Shown: one piece after another, positions 26,517-35,761 of the stretch | Layout of the letters: each line of letters begins with the position of its first letter | Position numbering within the stretch: position 1 is the first letter of the stretch | DNA from: a virus | Lineage: Duplodnaviria; Caudoviricetes | Virus record (IMG/VR): IMGVR_UViG_3300039208_000040 | Location: 1-39,128 of that record | Strand: one strand, 5' to 3' | DNA length: 39,128 nucleotides | The notes under the pieces: generated by a model | Told to the model about the DNA's origin: nothing | The model's input: the letters and a program-made list of their open reading frames with translations, nothing else | The model's database searches: none | Program-made: the position numbers and the translations under genes

Positions 26517-27246
26517 AGTTCGCTACTGATTCGTCACGCTGTGTCCTTGGTTCCAGCTCGCGCATCTTGATGTTCTGCCTACGGGCCAGACGCTCACTGC
26601 GTGGGTCTGCCGTCTGCCTTAGCCTGTAGTTGGCCGTGGCAATGGTCTCATTAAGTACCAAGGAGTGCATCCGTTCCGGTATCGGCAATGTCGCTGCCGG
26701 GTCGGTGAAGTCTACCGTTGGCTTAATGTGCCCTACTATAACAGAGTCAGCTATCAGATTCCCAACTCCTCTAGTGACATCGTAAGCGTCGAAGTACAGG
26801 TACTCTTCGTCGAAGCTTGTGTAGTAGGTTGGGCCTACGTTAGTCTGAATGTACATGGGTACTCCATCAGGGTTATTGATGGTAGTAACGTCAGCATCTG
26901 CCGGGTTACGGGCATGTAACTTCTCAAGGAAGTCACAAGGCTGCAAGTACGTTAGGTCACGAAACTTACCGTTGCTGTCCACATACCGGACACACTGGAG
27001 TTGTGTCACGTTGTCTGGAATCTTCAGCCTGTTCAGCTGCAAGTCACCTGCATCTCGTGCATCCAGCTGCACTACCCGGTCACGAAGGAACTCCCAGTCA
27101 CGACGGTCAAGTATCTCGTTGTATGTCTGCTTCAGGATGGTGCCGATGGCTAAGGACTCATTGGTCTCGTCAAGAACGTCAATCTCATCGGACTCAATCG
27201 CCTCACCCACCTGCTGCACAAACTGTAGTATCGTTAGCTTTGCCAT
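26488..27246 (-). CDS. Tail tubular protein A (adaptor)
   Basis: LTILQFVQQV...WEFL...PTYYTSFDEEYLYFDAYD...IPERM pattern of podovirus adaptors. Confidence 0.8.
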   Translation of the reverse strand: MAKLTILQFVQQVGEAIESDEIDVLDETNESLAIGTILKQTYNEILDRRDWEFLRDRVVQLDARDAGDLQLNRLKIPDNVTQLQCVRYVDSNGKFRDLTYLQPCDFLEKLHARNPADADVTTINNPDGVPMYIQTNVGPTYYTSFDEEYLYFDAYDVTRGVGNLIADSVIVGHIKPTVDFTDPAATLPIPERMHSLVLNETIATANYRLRQTADPRSERLARRQNIKMRELEPRTQRDESVANYGRRTRSGR

Positions 27247-27247
27247 G

Positions 27248-27535
27248 TTATCCCTCGGTTGATGTAGTGAACGGAGTGATACGGCCTATCAACTGGAAGT
27301 CTTTGCCGGGGGATGATTCGTACCGCAGCACTACCACCTTACCCACACCATTCACCTTAAGTTTAGTTTCAACTACCTTGTAAGGGTAGAACTGCTCGGC
27401 AACGTTGGCCCTTGCGAGCCGACGAGTGCTGAGTTTGTAAGCCTCCTGTTGAGGAGTCCACTTACCAGTGCCTGCATCCAGTGCGTAATCGAACTTAGCA
27501 GTGAGCAGGCAGCTGTACACGTCGGATAAAGTCAT
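27248..27535 (-). CDS. Probable detached C-terminal fragment of tail tubular protein B (nozzle)
   Basis: SCLLTAKFDY..GKW..QEAY...VVETKLKVNGVGKVVVLRYESSPGKDFQLIG matches my recollection of nozzle C-termini; GGGAGG RBS and TAATG coupling. Confidence 0.65.
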   Translation of the reverse strand: MTLSDVYSCLLTAKFDYALDAGTGKWTPQQEAYKLSTRRLARANVAEQFYPYKVVETKLKVNGVGKVVVLRYESSPGKDFQLIGRITPFTTSTEG

Positions 27536-28578
27536 TATACCTCCCGGAAGGTAATCTCGAAGCCACTACCTACGGCATCCACTTTGGCCTCAGTCCATGC
27601 ACCATTGTCAGACGGGTCTGTGTCCCGGATGTAGGTGGTCATCTTGTAGGCTCCTGACGAGGCAATGACATCGGTGCCGTTGTCGTAAGCAATACCGCCA
27701 ACAATCATCTGGTCTCTGAACTTCAGCTGTCCGGCATCCGTCTTCTTGGTGGCATTCACTGTCTGCACACCGAAGATAGTGCCGGGCGAGATACCCAAGT
27801 CTGAGAAGTTGGTGTTGTCGTAATCTTCCTTAGCACCCAGCTGACCTGCTTCCACGAAAGTAGTATCTCCGTCGTGTAAGGTTTCATCCATAGCTTGGTA
27901 GTTGGTAGCTGCACCAGTAGGAGTGAAGTTGTTATTAGTACCATTGGCCTTGGGACGTAGAGCTGTGACACGCACATCACCTAAGAAGGTGTTGTTGTCT
28001 GAACCACCAGTGTCCAGAATGTACAGGTCATCAATCCATGAATCATCACCCTCTGCACCACGAGTTATGCGCCACTTACCCATGGCACCGCCTCGGGTAT
28101 CCAGACCTGTGAGACCTAACACCTGTGTACCATTCACCTTAATCTCAATCTCACCCAGTGTAGCATGGGCCTTAACCCGTACTTCCACATACTGCCATAC
28201 CGATACAGTGAGGGCACTGGTAGCTGTGCCCAGTACCGATGTAGTCTTACCTATGGCATCGATATCTGCACCGTTGATTGAGATACCACCTTGCTGGAGA
28301 CCGCCTGTATCAAGGAACACGAAGTCAGCGAAAGCTACGCTGGCATCATACTTAAAAGCAAAGCCGAAGATACACTCCGTCTCTGTCGTGGTGATGTTCT
28401 TGTCCACTGTACCGTTACCAGCTGTACCGCCAGTAACTCCCGTTAAGTGGTAAGCTCCGGGGGTGAACCGTCCCTCAGTTGTCACGTTATGTGAGGTGCC
28501 ACCAGTAATGGACACAGCATCATACTTGTCTTCTGAGGCAGTGTAATGGTCGAAACCATCCATAAATAATAAACTCAT
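27535..28578 (-). CDS. Tail-associated beta-sandwich (LamG/ConA-like) protein, putative adhesin
   Basis: MSLLFMDGFDHY start; WQYVEVRV...IEIKVNG...IDDLYI LamG-like strands; second beta domain; Gly/Thr/Asp-rich. Confidence 0.7.
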   Translation of the reverse strand: MSLLFMDGFDHYTASEDKYDAVSITGGTSHNVTTEGRFTPGAYHLTGVTGGTAGNGTVDKNITTTETECIFGFAFKYDASVAFADFVFLDTGGLQQGGISINGADIDAIGKTTSVLGTATSALTVSVWQYVEVRVKAHATLGEIEIKVNGTQVLGLTGLDTRGGAMGKWRITRGAEGDDSWIDDLYILDTGGSDNNTFLGDVRVTALRPKANGTNNNFTPTGAATNYQAMDETLHDGDTTFVEAGQLGAKEDYDNTNFSDLGISPGTIFGVQTVNATKKTDAGQLKFRDQMIVGGIAYDNGTDVIASSGAYKMTTYIRDTDPSDNGAWTEAKVDAVGSGFEITFREV

Positions 28579-28587
28579 TGTCTACTC

Positions 28588-30765
28588 CTAAAGTGTGTAT
28601 AGTACTTCTGTTATTGACTGGCTCGCTCTGAAGTCAGATGGAGCTTTCATCAACACCTCAGTAACTGATTGTGACGCTCTCAGATTAGATGATGGTCTGT
28701 TCAAGACCTCCAGCACTGATTGCGATACACGTACCCCTGTACTCTGGTAGTACAGTGGCGGTAACTGGTAATAGCCTCCCGGCTCCAAGTTCTTACTCGT
28801 ATGCTGGAAGAAGGTATGCACGTACCGGGGAGTACCCTTAACGTGGAAGGCTCCCATATTGAACTCAGCGAACTCAATATAAGAACTCATCGGTATACCT
28901 ATACCATCTGTACTCGTATCCCACCAGTCTGTGAATGACCTGCTGTGGAAGGTGGAGAAGGTAAACTTATACCCGGCATCCACTGTGGAGTAAACCAGTG
29001 TGGCAGCTTTCAACTGAGTAATCTGTCCTGAGTCGGCCTCTACCTCTTCAGTAACAGGAGTCACACCATCCAGCTCTGTTACGTTAGTGCCGTCCAGTTC
29101 CAGTACTGGCACCACCGCAGTACCTGAAGTCAGGGGCTTGATTAGCGTTAGGCCCACTATCTCCGGGAAGTTCTGTGTGGCATCCTCTGCGATAGAGTAC
29201 TTATAGAATCCCCGGATATCGAAGTCGAGAATCAGGAACTTGTTGAAGGTTACATTGGTAGGTGATGTCTCCTCCACCACATCCCGGTATGCCCAGTATA
29301 TCTTACGCTGTTCTGGGATGTACACAGATGCTGCATCCCTCCGGGCATCAGCTGAGATGGACACGTAGAATGACTGGATAGTATTCTGTGTCAGGTTCTG
29401 GTCATCCAGTCCTATCTCATTAGAGGTAAGCTGGATAATGCCGTCGATACCAAAATAGAATAGAGACCCTTCGGCCTCCACTACACTCTTCGGCCCAAGT
29501 GCCCCAACCTTGCTCACCTTGGATAGGCGTAAGCTTGTCGCTGTTAACGCGCTACCTATTTCAGCACCAGAGATAAACCACACACCATTGGATGCAATGG
29601 CAGCTACACCACCACCTATCTCTTTCAGGGTATAGATTTCACCTACACCCGGCATAGGTAGGAATCCGCCATCGGTATCAACCAAATCATTAATCTCATC
29701 AGCTGTAGGGTCAGCTTGTTGGAAGCATTCCCCGTCGATGTCAGGCTCAGTTAACTGGCGTGAGTAGAACACACCGCCTACTACGTTCTGGGTATTGGGT
29801 GATGTGTAAAATGCTCGGCCCTGATGGAAGGCTACCGACTCTGGCCGTGTCGCAAATGTGGCAAAGCCTGTACCGGGACAACCCAGTGCAGTGTCGTAGT
29901 CCTTGTTAAAGGCGTTCAATATGAAGTGGCCCTTCGGTGCCGGGGTATTACCTAAGTTACTCTCCCTTACGAAGGTGTGGTCAAACACCAAGTTACCACT
30001 GGCATTGGTCACGATACCCACGGACATGTTATCTGCATTGCTTGGGAAGTCACCGTTAGTTCCTGCGGCCAGTCCTCCCGGTGCGCCTGTTCCAGCACAA
30101 AGGTCAGTACCTGCTGCCAGTCCAGTGAACTTCAGGATGTTGGCATCTGTCCAGCCTTGGTTACGTAAGTTGTAGTAGTGGTTACGGGTCAGGCTGGTTG
30201 GCCGTTCCTGTATCTCCAAGCTATCGTCCAGACCTTCCATGTCCCTGATTTGAATATCCAGCTGTATCGCTGTGAACGACGTGCCGTCATACGATACCCG
30301 GACAGGTTCCATGTAGGGGTTCACTACATACAAGTTACCTAAGCCGCTGGCTACCTGTACTGGGTTCCGTTTTAACTCACCCAAGTCTACGGCATATAGG
30401 CTCATGTCCAGTGTGCCCAGCAAGCTTTGGCTGATGGCACCCACCTGCGCATAGAACTGAAGCTCTGCCCCTATCTGCTGTACTACGATGTTCAGCGTAC
30501 CTGAGTTAGCTACGAACTCCCATAAGTGGGTAGAGAAGGCAAGGTCTGGGAGGGCAGCTTCGACCAGTACACCTCCGTCAATTGAGTTAGCCTTCCACTG
30601 TTGTTCTAAATCTAAGCCGGGACGACGACGCACACTGCCGTCTGGGTCTATGATACAGTTGTCCACATCAATGGCTGCATCCTCTGGGAAGGACAATGCG
30701 GTGAACTCAGTGACAAAGCCACGAGTAACCTGTATCTTCTGGTCTACTCCTCCACGTCTTGCCAT
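28588..30765 (-). CDS. Tail tubular protein B (nozzle), N-terminal fragment with C-terminal repeats
   Basis: RGFVTEF...DGSVRRRPG start, YNLRNQGW, FHQGRAFY, CFQQADPT, NGVWFISG beta-propeller-type pattern. Confidence 0.85.
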   Translation of the reverse strand: MARRGGVDQKIQVTRGFVTEFTALSFPEDAAIDVDNCIIDPDGSVRRRPGLDLEQQWKANSIDGGVLVEAALPDLAFSTHLWEFVANSGTLNIVVQQIGAELQFYAQVGAISQSLLGTLDMSLYAVDLGELKRNPVQVASGLGNLYVVNPYMEPVRVSYDGTSFTAIQLDIQIRDMEGLDDSLEIQERPTSLTRNHYYNLRNQGWTDANILKFTGLAAGTDLCAGTGAPGGLAAGTNGDFPSNADNMSVGIVTNASGNLVFDHTFVRESNLGNTPAPKGHFILNAFNKDYDTALGCPGTGFATFATRPESVAFHQGRAFYTSPNTQNVVGGVFYSRQLTEPDIDGECFQQADPTADEINDLVDTDGGFLPMPGVGEIYTLKEIGGGVAAIASNGVWFISGAEIGSALTATSLRLSKVSKVGALGPKSVVEAEGSLFYFGIDGIIQLTSNEIGLDDQNLTQNTIQSFYVSISADARRDAASVYIPEQRKIYWAYRDVVEETSPTNVTFNKFLILDFDIRGFYKYSIAEDATQNFPEIVGLTLIKPLTSGTAVVPVLELDGTNVTELDGVTPVTEEVEADSGQITQLKAATLVYSTVDAGYKFTFSTFHSRSFTDWWDTSTDGIGIPMSSYIEFAEFNMGAFHVKGTPRYVHTFFQHTSKNLEPGGYYQLPPLYYQSTGVRVSQSVLEVLNRPSSNLRASQSVTEVLMKAPSDFRASQSITEVLYTL
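28591..28734 (-). repeat. Three tandem 17-aa (51-nt period) repeats RxSQSxxEVL
   Basis: VRVSQSVLEVLNRPSSN / LRASQSVTEVLMKAPSD / FRASQSITEVLYTL. Confidence 0.9.
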
Positions 30766-30774
30766 AAGTCCTCC

Positions 30775-31392
30775 TTAAGTAGCACGTATCATGCGTACAG
30801 ACGTAACAGCATCTTCGACTGTAAGGTTAATCGTCTTGTCTGAGGCTACCCACAGGGATAGCACATCTCCTGCACTAAGAGACGCCCATTCGTGTGCGCT
30901 CATGTTATGGAACTCTCCCGAGTTACGTAAGAAGTTCTTAGGTCGGCGTCCGGGAACAATCACACCATTGACGGCGAACTTAAAAGCAATCACGGTCGAG
31001 GCTACAGAGGATGAGGCATCTACCCAGATATGTAACTCATAGTCACCATCTTGCTGTACGGTGAGTGTGTCTGCCTGCTGAGTGATACCGTTGTTTAATC
31101 CGTGAGGAAGGGCATCTGTTATGCCTGTAACCTGTATGTAATCTGAGTTTGTAGCCAGAGTAGAATCTGTTGCAGCTGTCAGTGCTATGGTGGACGTATT
31201 GTTAGTCACGTTCAACTGACCATAGTGTAATGTGGAAGTGTCCAGTTCGGAATGTTTAAGTTTACGTGCTTCGGTTGTACCGTCCCCTTTAGAGATAGGA
31301 ACCTTACCTACATCGGCAGCTCCAGCAGTAAGGGTGGTCATATTCTTAGGTTCGTGCATGTTGGTCTCGCCAACATCCTTATGTAATCCCAT
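30775..31392 (-). CDS. Short fibre protein with C1q/TNF(BclA)-like C-terminal domain
   Basis: GAGGA RBS before ATG 31392; N-terminal HEPK anchor; LTVQQDGDYEL...LSAGDVLSLWV. Confidence 0.65.
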   Translation of the reverse strand: MGLHKDVGETNMHEPKNMTTLTAGAADVGKVPISKGDGTTEARKLKHSELDTSTLHYGQLNVTNNTSTIALTAATDSTLATNSDYIQVTGITDALPHGLNNGITQQADTLTVQQDGDYELHIWVDASSSVASTVIAFKFAVNGVIVPGRRPKNFLRNSGEFHNMSAHEWASLSAGDVLSLWVASDKTINLTVEDAVTSVRMIRAT

Positions 31393-31408
31393 TGTAAATT
31401 CCTCAAAT

Positions 31409-31433
31409 AAAAAAGGAGGCACAAGGCCCCCTT
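31409..31433 (-). terminator. Rho-independent terminator after the capsid genes
   Basis: AAGGGGGC cttgt GCCTCCTT TTTT on the minus strand. Confidence 0.85.
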
Positions 31434-31458
31434 ATTAAGTACTTTGCTTACGAGTAGT

Positions 31459-31953
31459 TTACGCTCGTGCAAGCTGCTCTTCAAGTTCTAGTACAACTTG
31501 GAACTTACCAGCAGTGAATGTACCAGTTGCAGCTACTACAAGCTGACCAGCATCTGCACCGATAGAAGCACCAATCAGGGCACCGTCACATGCGATGTGT
31601 GCGCCAGCTGTTAAGGCAGCTGTTGCCACAGCAGCATCGATACCATCAGCATCGATAACTGTGCCATCCGGTTGGTATAAACCGAAGTCGTATGAAGTAC
31701 CGCCAGCAGCAGCAGTCAGCACACGGATATGTGCAGACTTGATTACCGCATTAGCAGGTACACGAAGAATCAACTCATCCAGACCATTCACTGGAAGGTC
31801 ATCATAGCTGAAGGTGTACTCCAACTTAGAGATGCCCTGTGCATGAGCGTACTTACTTGGTGCTACATCTTCAATGACGCGAGGGCCATAGTCAGTAGCA
31901 GCTCGGCGTTTACTGCCAGCAGTTGCGCCAGCAGTGATAGAGATACGTGCCAT
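31459..31953 (-). CDS. Virion structural protein, probable capsid decoration
   Basis: Directly after MCP and before the terminator; TAAGGAG RBS; Ala/Gly-rich beta protein. Confidence 0.7.
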   Translation of the reverse strand: MARISITAGATAGSKRRAATDYGPRVIEDVAPSKYAHAQGISKLEYTFSYDDLPVNGLDELILRVPANAVIKSAHIRVLTAAAGGTSYDFGLYQPDGTVIDADGIDAAVATAALTAGAHIACDGALIGASIGADAGQLVVAATGTFTAGKFQVVLELEEQLARA

Positions 31954-31963
31954 GTTAGACTCC

Positions 31964-32911
31964 TTATCCTACTTGGTCAGTGTCAGAACCAATAACAACT
32001 AGGTTCTCGTCGCGCACCAGACCTGAACCCCAACGGGCAGTAGTCTGGGTCTGTAGCTCATGGATTTTGTTATCCATCTCAGAGATGAGCTTAGGCTTAC
32101 GACGCCATGCCAGCACGAAAGGTAAGATACCTTGTTGCATTGACATGAACAGGTTAGCCTTACCAGCGGTGGTAGTCAGACCATCGATAGTCTCGTTCAT
32201 ATCCGGCAGTAAGTTAGATTCGAACACGTCGAAACCATATACGTTACGGATGAAACGGAAGTTAGACTCGATACCAGACTCAATCACACCTTCCCATTTA
32301 GGGTTATTGCTGACGTTTACCAAGTTAGTGGTAGTCTCCAGCGCGTATGCAACTGAAGGGTCAACAATCGCAATCAGGTTCTGACGACGAACCTTAGCTT
32401 TCTTCAGGGAGTACCCGGCAAAAGCGAAGTCTTGCGGCTGCATGATTTCGTTAGTACCAGATGCAATCTTACGGTGAGCAACACCGTTGATTAAGTTCTG
32501 GTCGTCTGTTCCGTTGAACTGCTGCATAGCCAGAGCCAGCGTATCAGTTTCAAAACGTTCCATGATTGCCTGTGCCTGTTCACCCGGAATGGCAGAAAGC
32601 AAATCGTTAGCCCACATTGAATCTTCCAACAGCACCTCAGAGATAGAGTTAGCTGCTACTACAGGAGCGTTCATTGTGATGGTTGTCTCACCGTTATCCA
32701 GTGCGTCGAAGGTTACTTCAGCGCCTTCTGGCAGGTCACGTACAGCAGGTGTACCAAGAGACGGCATAGTGAAAGCTGTGCCATCTGGGAAGTCTACCTG
32801 ACGAACGAACGGTACGCCTAAAAGATTCTCGTGAAGAATCTCTTCCAGCTGCTGTTGCCATAACTCCGAACGGATGATGCTCTGGGAGTTAGTAGTGTTG
32901 TTACCACTCAT
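31964..32911 (-). CDS. Major capsid protein
   Basis: 315 aa after scaffold; IRSELW, AIVDPS and VYGFDVFESNLLP patterns of HK97-fold podovirus MCP. Confidence 0.9.
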   Translation of the reverse strand: MSGNNTTNSQSIIRSELWQQQLEEILHENLLGVPFVRQVDFPDGTAFTMPSLGTPAVRDLPEGAEVTFDALDNGETTITMNAPVVAANSISEVLLEDSMWANDLLSAIPGEQAQAIMERFETDTLALAMQQFNGTDDQNLINGVAHRKIASGTNEIMQPQDFAFAGYSLKKAKVRRQNLIAIVDPSVAYALETTTNLVNVSNNPKWEGVIESGIESNFRFIRNVYGFDVFESNLLPDMNETIDGLTTTAGKANLFMSMQQGILPFVLAWRRKPKLISEMDNKIHELQTQTTARWGSGLVRDENLVVIGSDTDQVG

Positions 32912-32925
32912 TTCAAATCACCTTG

Positions 32926-33648
32926 TTACTTGTAAAAGTCAGCTGGGCCTAGTGCCGACAGCTGCTTGTTCTCTAACGCATGCTTCTCATGGAGCTTAAT
33001 CTTACCATCGTTGTACATCTTTTGGATGGCTGACTGATTAAGTACTCCACTCGGTTGTCCCGGAGTTTGAGTACGCTGCGTACTGTTAGGCATTGACGGT
33101 TGGTGTTGTTGCGCTGGTCTGGCATCCGACACTAACTTAAGCACAGCTGCTGGGGATTTACCCGCCAGCTCATCCAGATTGATACCTAAATCGTTACCCA
33201 CTTTGGTATAGATTTGCGAAGCCTCTGTACCGTAGAGTTTGCCTAACTCAGTGATGACTTCCTGACGGTTGGCATCCTGTTGCTCGGCTACTGATTTCTG
33301 GTCTCGTTCTGCGAATGCTGCTGCTATCTGCTCTGCTACACTAAGTTCGCTACCTGTTGACTGTTGCTGGTCTTGCGGCTGCTGGTCAGGTTCTTGTGTA
33401 TCAGTGCCTTTAATGGCTGCAAGCACATCTTCTATGCTCTTAGCCTTTTGAGAGGTCTCACGCAATGCTGCGGTCTCCTGCTCTAAAGTTTGGATATGGT
33501 GCTGGCCGTGTACAAAAGCCTTTGCCATTTCCTCTACCGATGCATACTTCTTACCCTCGCCTACCAGTTGCTCCATGGCTTCCTCACCTGTAACTTCTGG
33601 TGCTTGGGTGGTCTGTACTCCATCGAATAGGTTGTTAATGTCAGGCAT
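32926..33648 (-). CDS. Capsid scaffolding protein
   Basis: LVGEGKKYASVEEMAKA..HI.TLE coiled coil; between portal and MCP; AGGGAG RBS. Confidence 0.8.
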   Translation of the reverse strand: MPDINNLFDGVQTTQAPEVTGEEAMEQLVGEGKKYASVEEMAKAFVHGQHHIQTLEQETAALRETSQKAKSIEDVLAAIKGTDTQEPDQQPQDQQQSTGSELSVAEQIAAAFAERDQKSVAEQQDANRQEVITELGKLYGTEASQIYTKVGNDLGINLDELAGKSPAAVLKLVSDARPAQQHQPSMPNSTQRTQTPGQPSGVLNQSAIQKMYNDGKIKLHEKHALENKQLSALGPADFYK

Positions 33649-33649
33649 A

Positions 33650-33952
33650 TTATACTCCCTCGTTTGTTTCGTCAAGTGGTGGCACTACTACTTCTTGGGT
33701 AAGCAGTTCCAACAACTTCATGTTAGCTGAACGGGTAGCCAGTAATGCAGCTACCTCTAAATGACTATTACCACTACTGGAATAGAGGGACTTCACGTCT
33801 GTAAGTTCCCTGTCTATTGCCATCACAGTACCCTCAAGGTACTCAATGATAATCCCTACTGCCCCGGCACTGGCATTGAGGAGTACAGCGTACTCCCTCT
33901 CCTCAGCTGGTGTCAGGTTTTTGAACTTCTTAACAATACGCAAAGCGTTCAT
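33650..33952 (-). CDS. Hypothetical protein
   Basis: TAATG coupling to portal. Confidence 0.7.
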   Translation of the reverse strand: MNALRIVKKFKNLTPAEEREYAVLLNASAGAVGIIIEYLEGTVMAIDRELTDVKSLYSSSGNSHLEVAALLATRSANMKLLELLTQEVVVPPLDETNEGV

Positions 33953-35760
33953 TACTCTTCAACCTCTTCCTCTAGTTCAGGCTCCAGTTCAGCAGGCTCA
34001 GAAGCAGCTACAACATCTGCTGCCTGTGTCGTACCTTGTGACCGCTGCGCCAGACGCTGCGTTTCTTGGTCTTCCTGTATACCGATGTTAGGCACGATTA
34101 TACCAAACTCTTTGAAGTCTCCTAACTCCTCTAAGGCTTGGGCCAGTTTGATACGGGAGATATGCTGGTTGAATATCTGTGCCACTGGCTGGCCCAGTAT
34201 AGTTGTCAGGTTCTGTAAAGCGTTGGCCTTCTCTGCAAACAACTGACTACCCCTTGCACGTAACTGTCCACTCACTGCCAGAGTATCCCGGCGTACTTCC
34301 AAGAACTCTGTGGTATTGAACTGGTTACTGGTGGTGGATACTAAGTCAGTCTCACCCAGATTCTCCCGAGCCAGCTGAATCATATCATTCAAGATAGGCT
34401 CCAAGAAAGTGCGCTCGAAACTCTTTGTCCTGTCACGGAAGATTCGGTTGCCTCCGTTGTCCAGTACCTGCACCTCAAACTTAGTCTTCTCGCCCGGTGT
34501 ACGGAAGCCTGACGCATTACGTGGACTACCTGCCAGTTCTTCCATCATCTCCATGACATTACGAATCTGGAAGTCAGCATTCAGGATGGTTGAGTCTGGT
34601 ACAAGGTAACGTACATTGCCCTGCTCATCTGTAACATAACGGCCTCCCGGCGCACCGCGAGTACCGTAGAACTCCACATCACCCTGCTCTACCACTGTTG
34701 GGTTAGCAATCTGGTCGAAGATATCAGCTCGCATATTCTCCAACTTATCCAGCTTGTACTGCATACCGACGATACGGGCAAGTGGGGACATGCCCATAAG
34801 GTTGTCCGGTCTTGTCTCAGGGGTGGCATAGTACAGATACTGTGAGCCATTGGCTGTAGTAATAGGTGTCTTGTCGATGACCATTCTCCGGTCGATGACA
34901 GTGATACGGTAGTTCTCTAAGAACTCCCCGGTATCCAGTGAGTACATATCGCCATAGAACTCATGCACCTCTACGATATCGCTGTTCATGTAGTCCAGCA
35001 AATTACCAAAACCGTCACGGGTTAGTGCGGTCTGCTTCCAGTCTACCCCTTCAGGGGCAACGGTGTACCCGGCACTACGGACATTGTTACGTGTGATACG
35101 TAGATTCTCCAGAAGCTCTGGAGTGAAGGCTGAGTGTTCATCTGAGTTTACCATCTTGGCAATATCGCCAATGGTGTACACACGACGGATAACCTTACGT
35201 GCTGCTTGGAAGCTGGAGGCAGTGACATCAAAGGCTATATCTGCTGGGGCAATCTTCTCCAGCACTGGGCCTTGGTACGTGACGATATCATTATCGTTCC
35301 CGTCCTTACCCCACTCAGTGACGTAACGTTGTTGTGCGAAGGTGGCCCCGGCAAACAACCAGTCGTCCAGACATGTGCCAAGAATACCTTCGTAGTCCTT
35401 CCGCTCCGCCTTAGTGCGAGCGTAAGCCTCGACTACATTACGCTGCTCCAGTGTGGCAGAGTCTTTGTCGTGTGCTTCGAACTGTACCCAATTAGGGTTA
35501 CTAAACAAATGGGCATTGTAGTTGGCCCGTAAGTTCGTCGCAATCTGGGATAGCTTAGGGATGGTGGTACTGTTCTTGAAGCCGGGTTGGTTGGCCTCAG
35601 TAGTCCGGGTACTGGTGGCAAACTGAAACGCTCGCAACTCTACCATCTCTTCTTCCCACGATGTTCGTGCATTCTTAAACCGTGTCCACATTTGCAGAAT
35701 CTCATCTGCCATGTTCTCCGGCGTTAATGCCGCGATTACCGCAGCTACGTCTGTGTTCAT
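33952..35760 (-). CDS. Portal protein
   Basis: 602 aa after TerL; RPDNLMGMSPL, GFRTPGEKTKFEV. Confidence 0.9.
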   Translation of the reverse strand: MNTDVAAVIAALTPENMADEILQMWTRFKNARTSWEEEMVELRAFQFATSTRTTEANQPGFKNSTTIPKLSQIATNLRANYNAHLFSNPNWVQFEAHDKDSATLEQRNVVEAYARTKAERKDYEGILGTCLDDWLFAGATFAQQRYVTEWGKDGNDNDIVTYQGPVLEKIAPADIAFDVTASSFQAARKVIRRVYTIGDIAKMVNSDEHSAFTPELLENLRITRNNVRSAGYTVAPEGVDWKQTALTRDGFGNLLDYMNSDIVEVHEFYGDMYSLDTGEFLENYRITVIDRRMVIDKTPITTANGSQYLYYATPETRPDNLMGMSPLARIVGMQYKLDKLENMRADIFDQIANPTVVEQGDVEFYGTRGAPGGRYVTDEQGNVRYLVPDSTILNADFQIRNVMEMMEELAGSPRNASGFRTPGEKTKFEVQVLDNGGNRIFRDRTKSFERTFLEPILNDMIQLARENLGETDLVSTTSNQFNTTEFLEVRRDTLAVSGQLRARGSQLFAEKANALQNLTTILGQPVAQIFNQHISRIKLAQALEELGDFKEFGIIVPNIGIQEDQETQRLAQRSQGTTQAADVVAASEPAELEPELEEEVEE

Positions 35761-35761
35761 A

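Noticed and set aside
27535-28790. Insert in the nozzle gene as a self-splicing intron or intein
   Set aside because: No group I/II core, homing nuclease, RT or intein terminal motifs seen. The insert encodes a tail-like protein and the downstream fragment has its own RBS and start.
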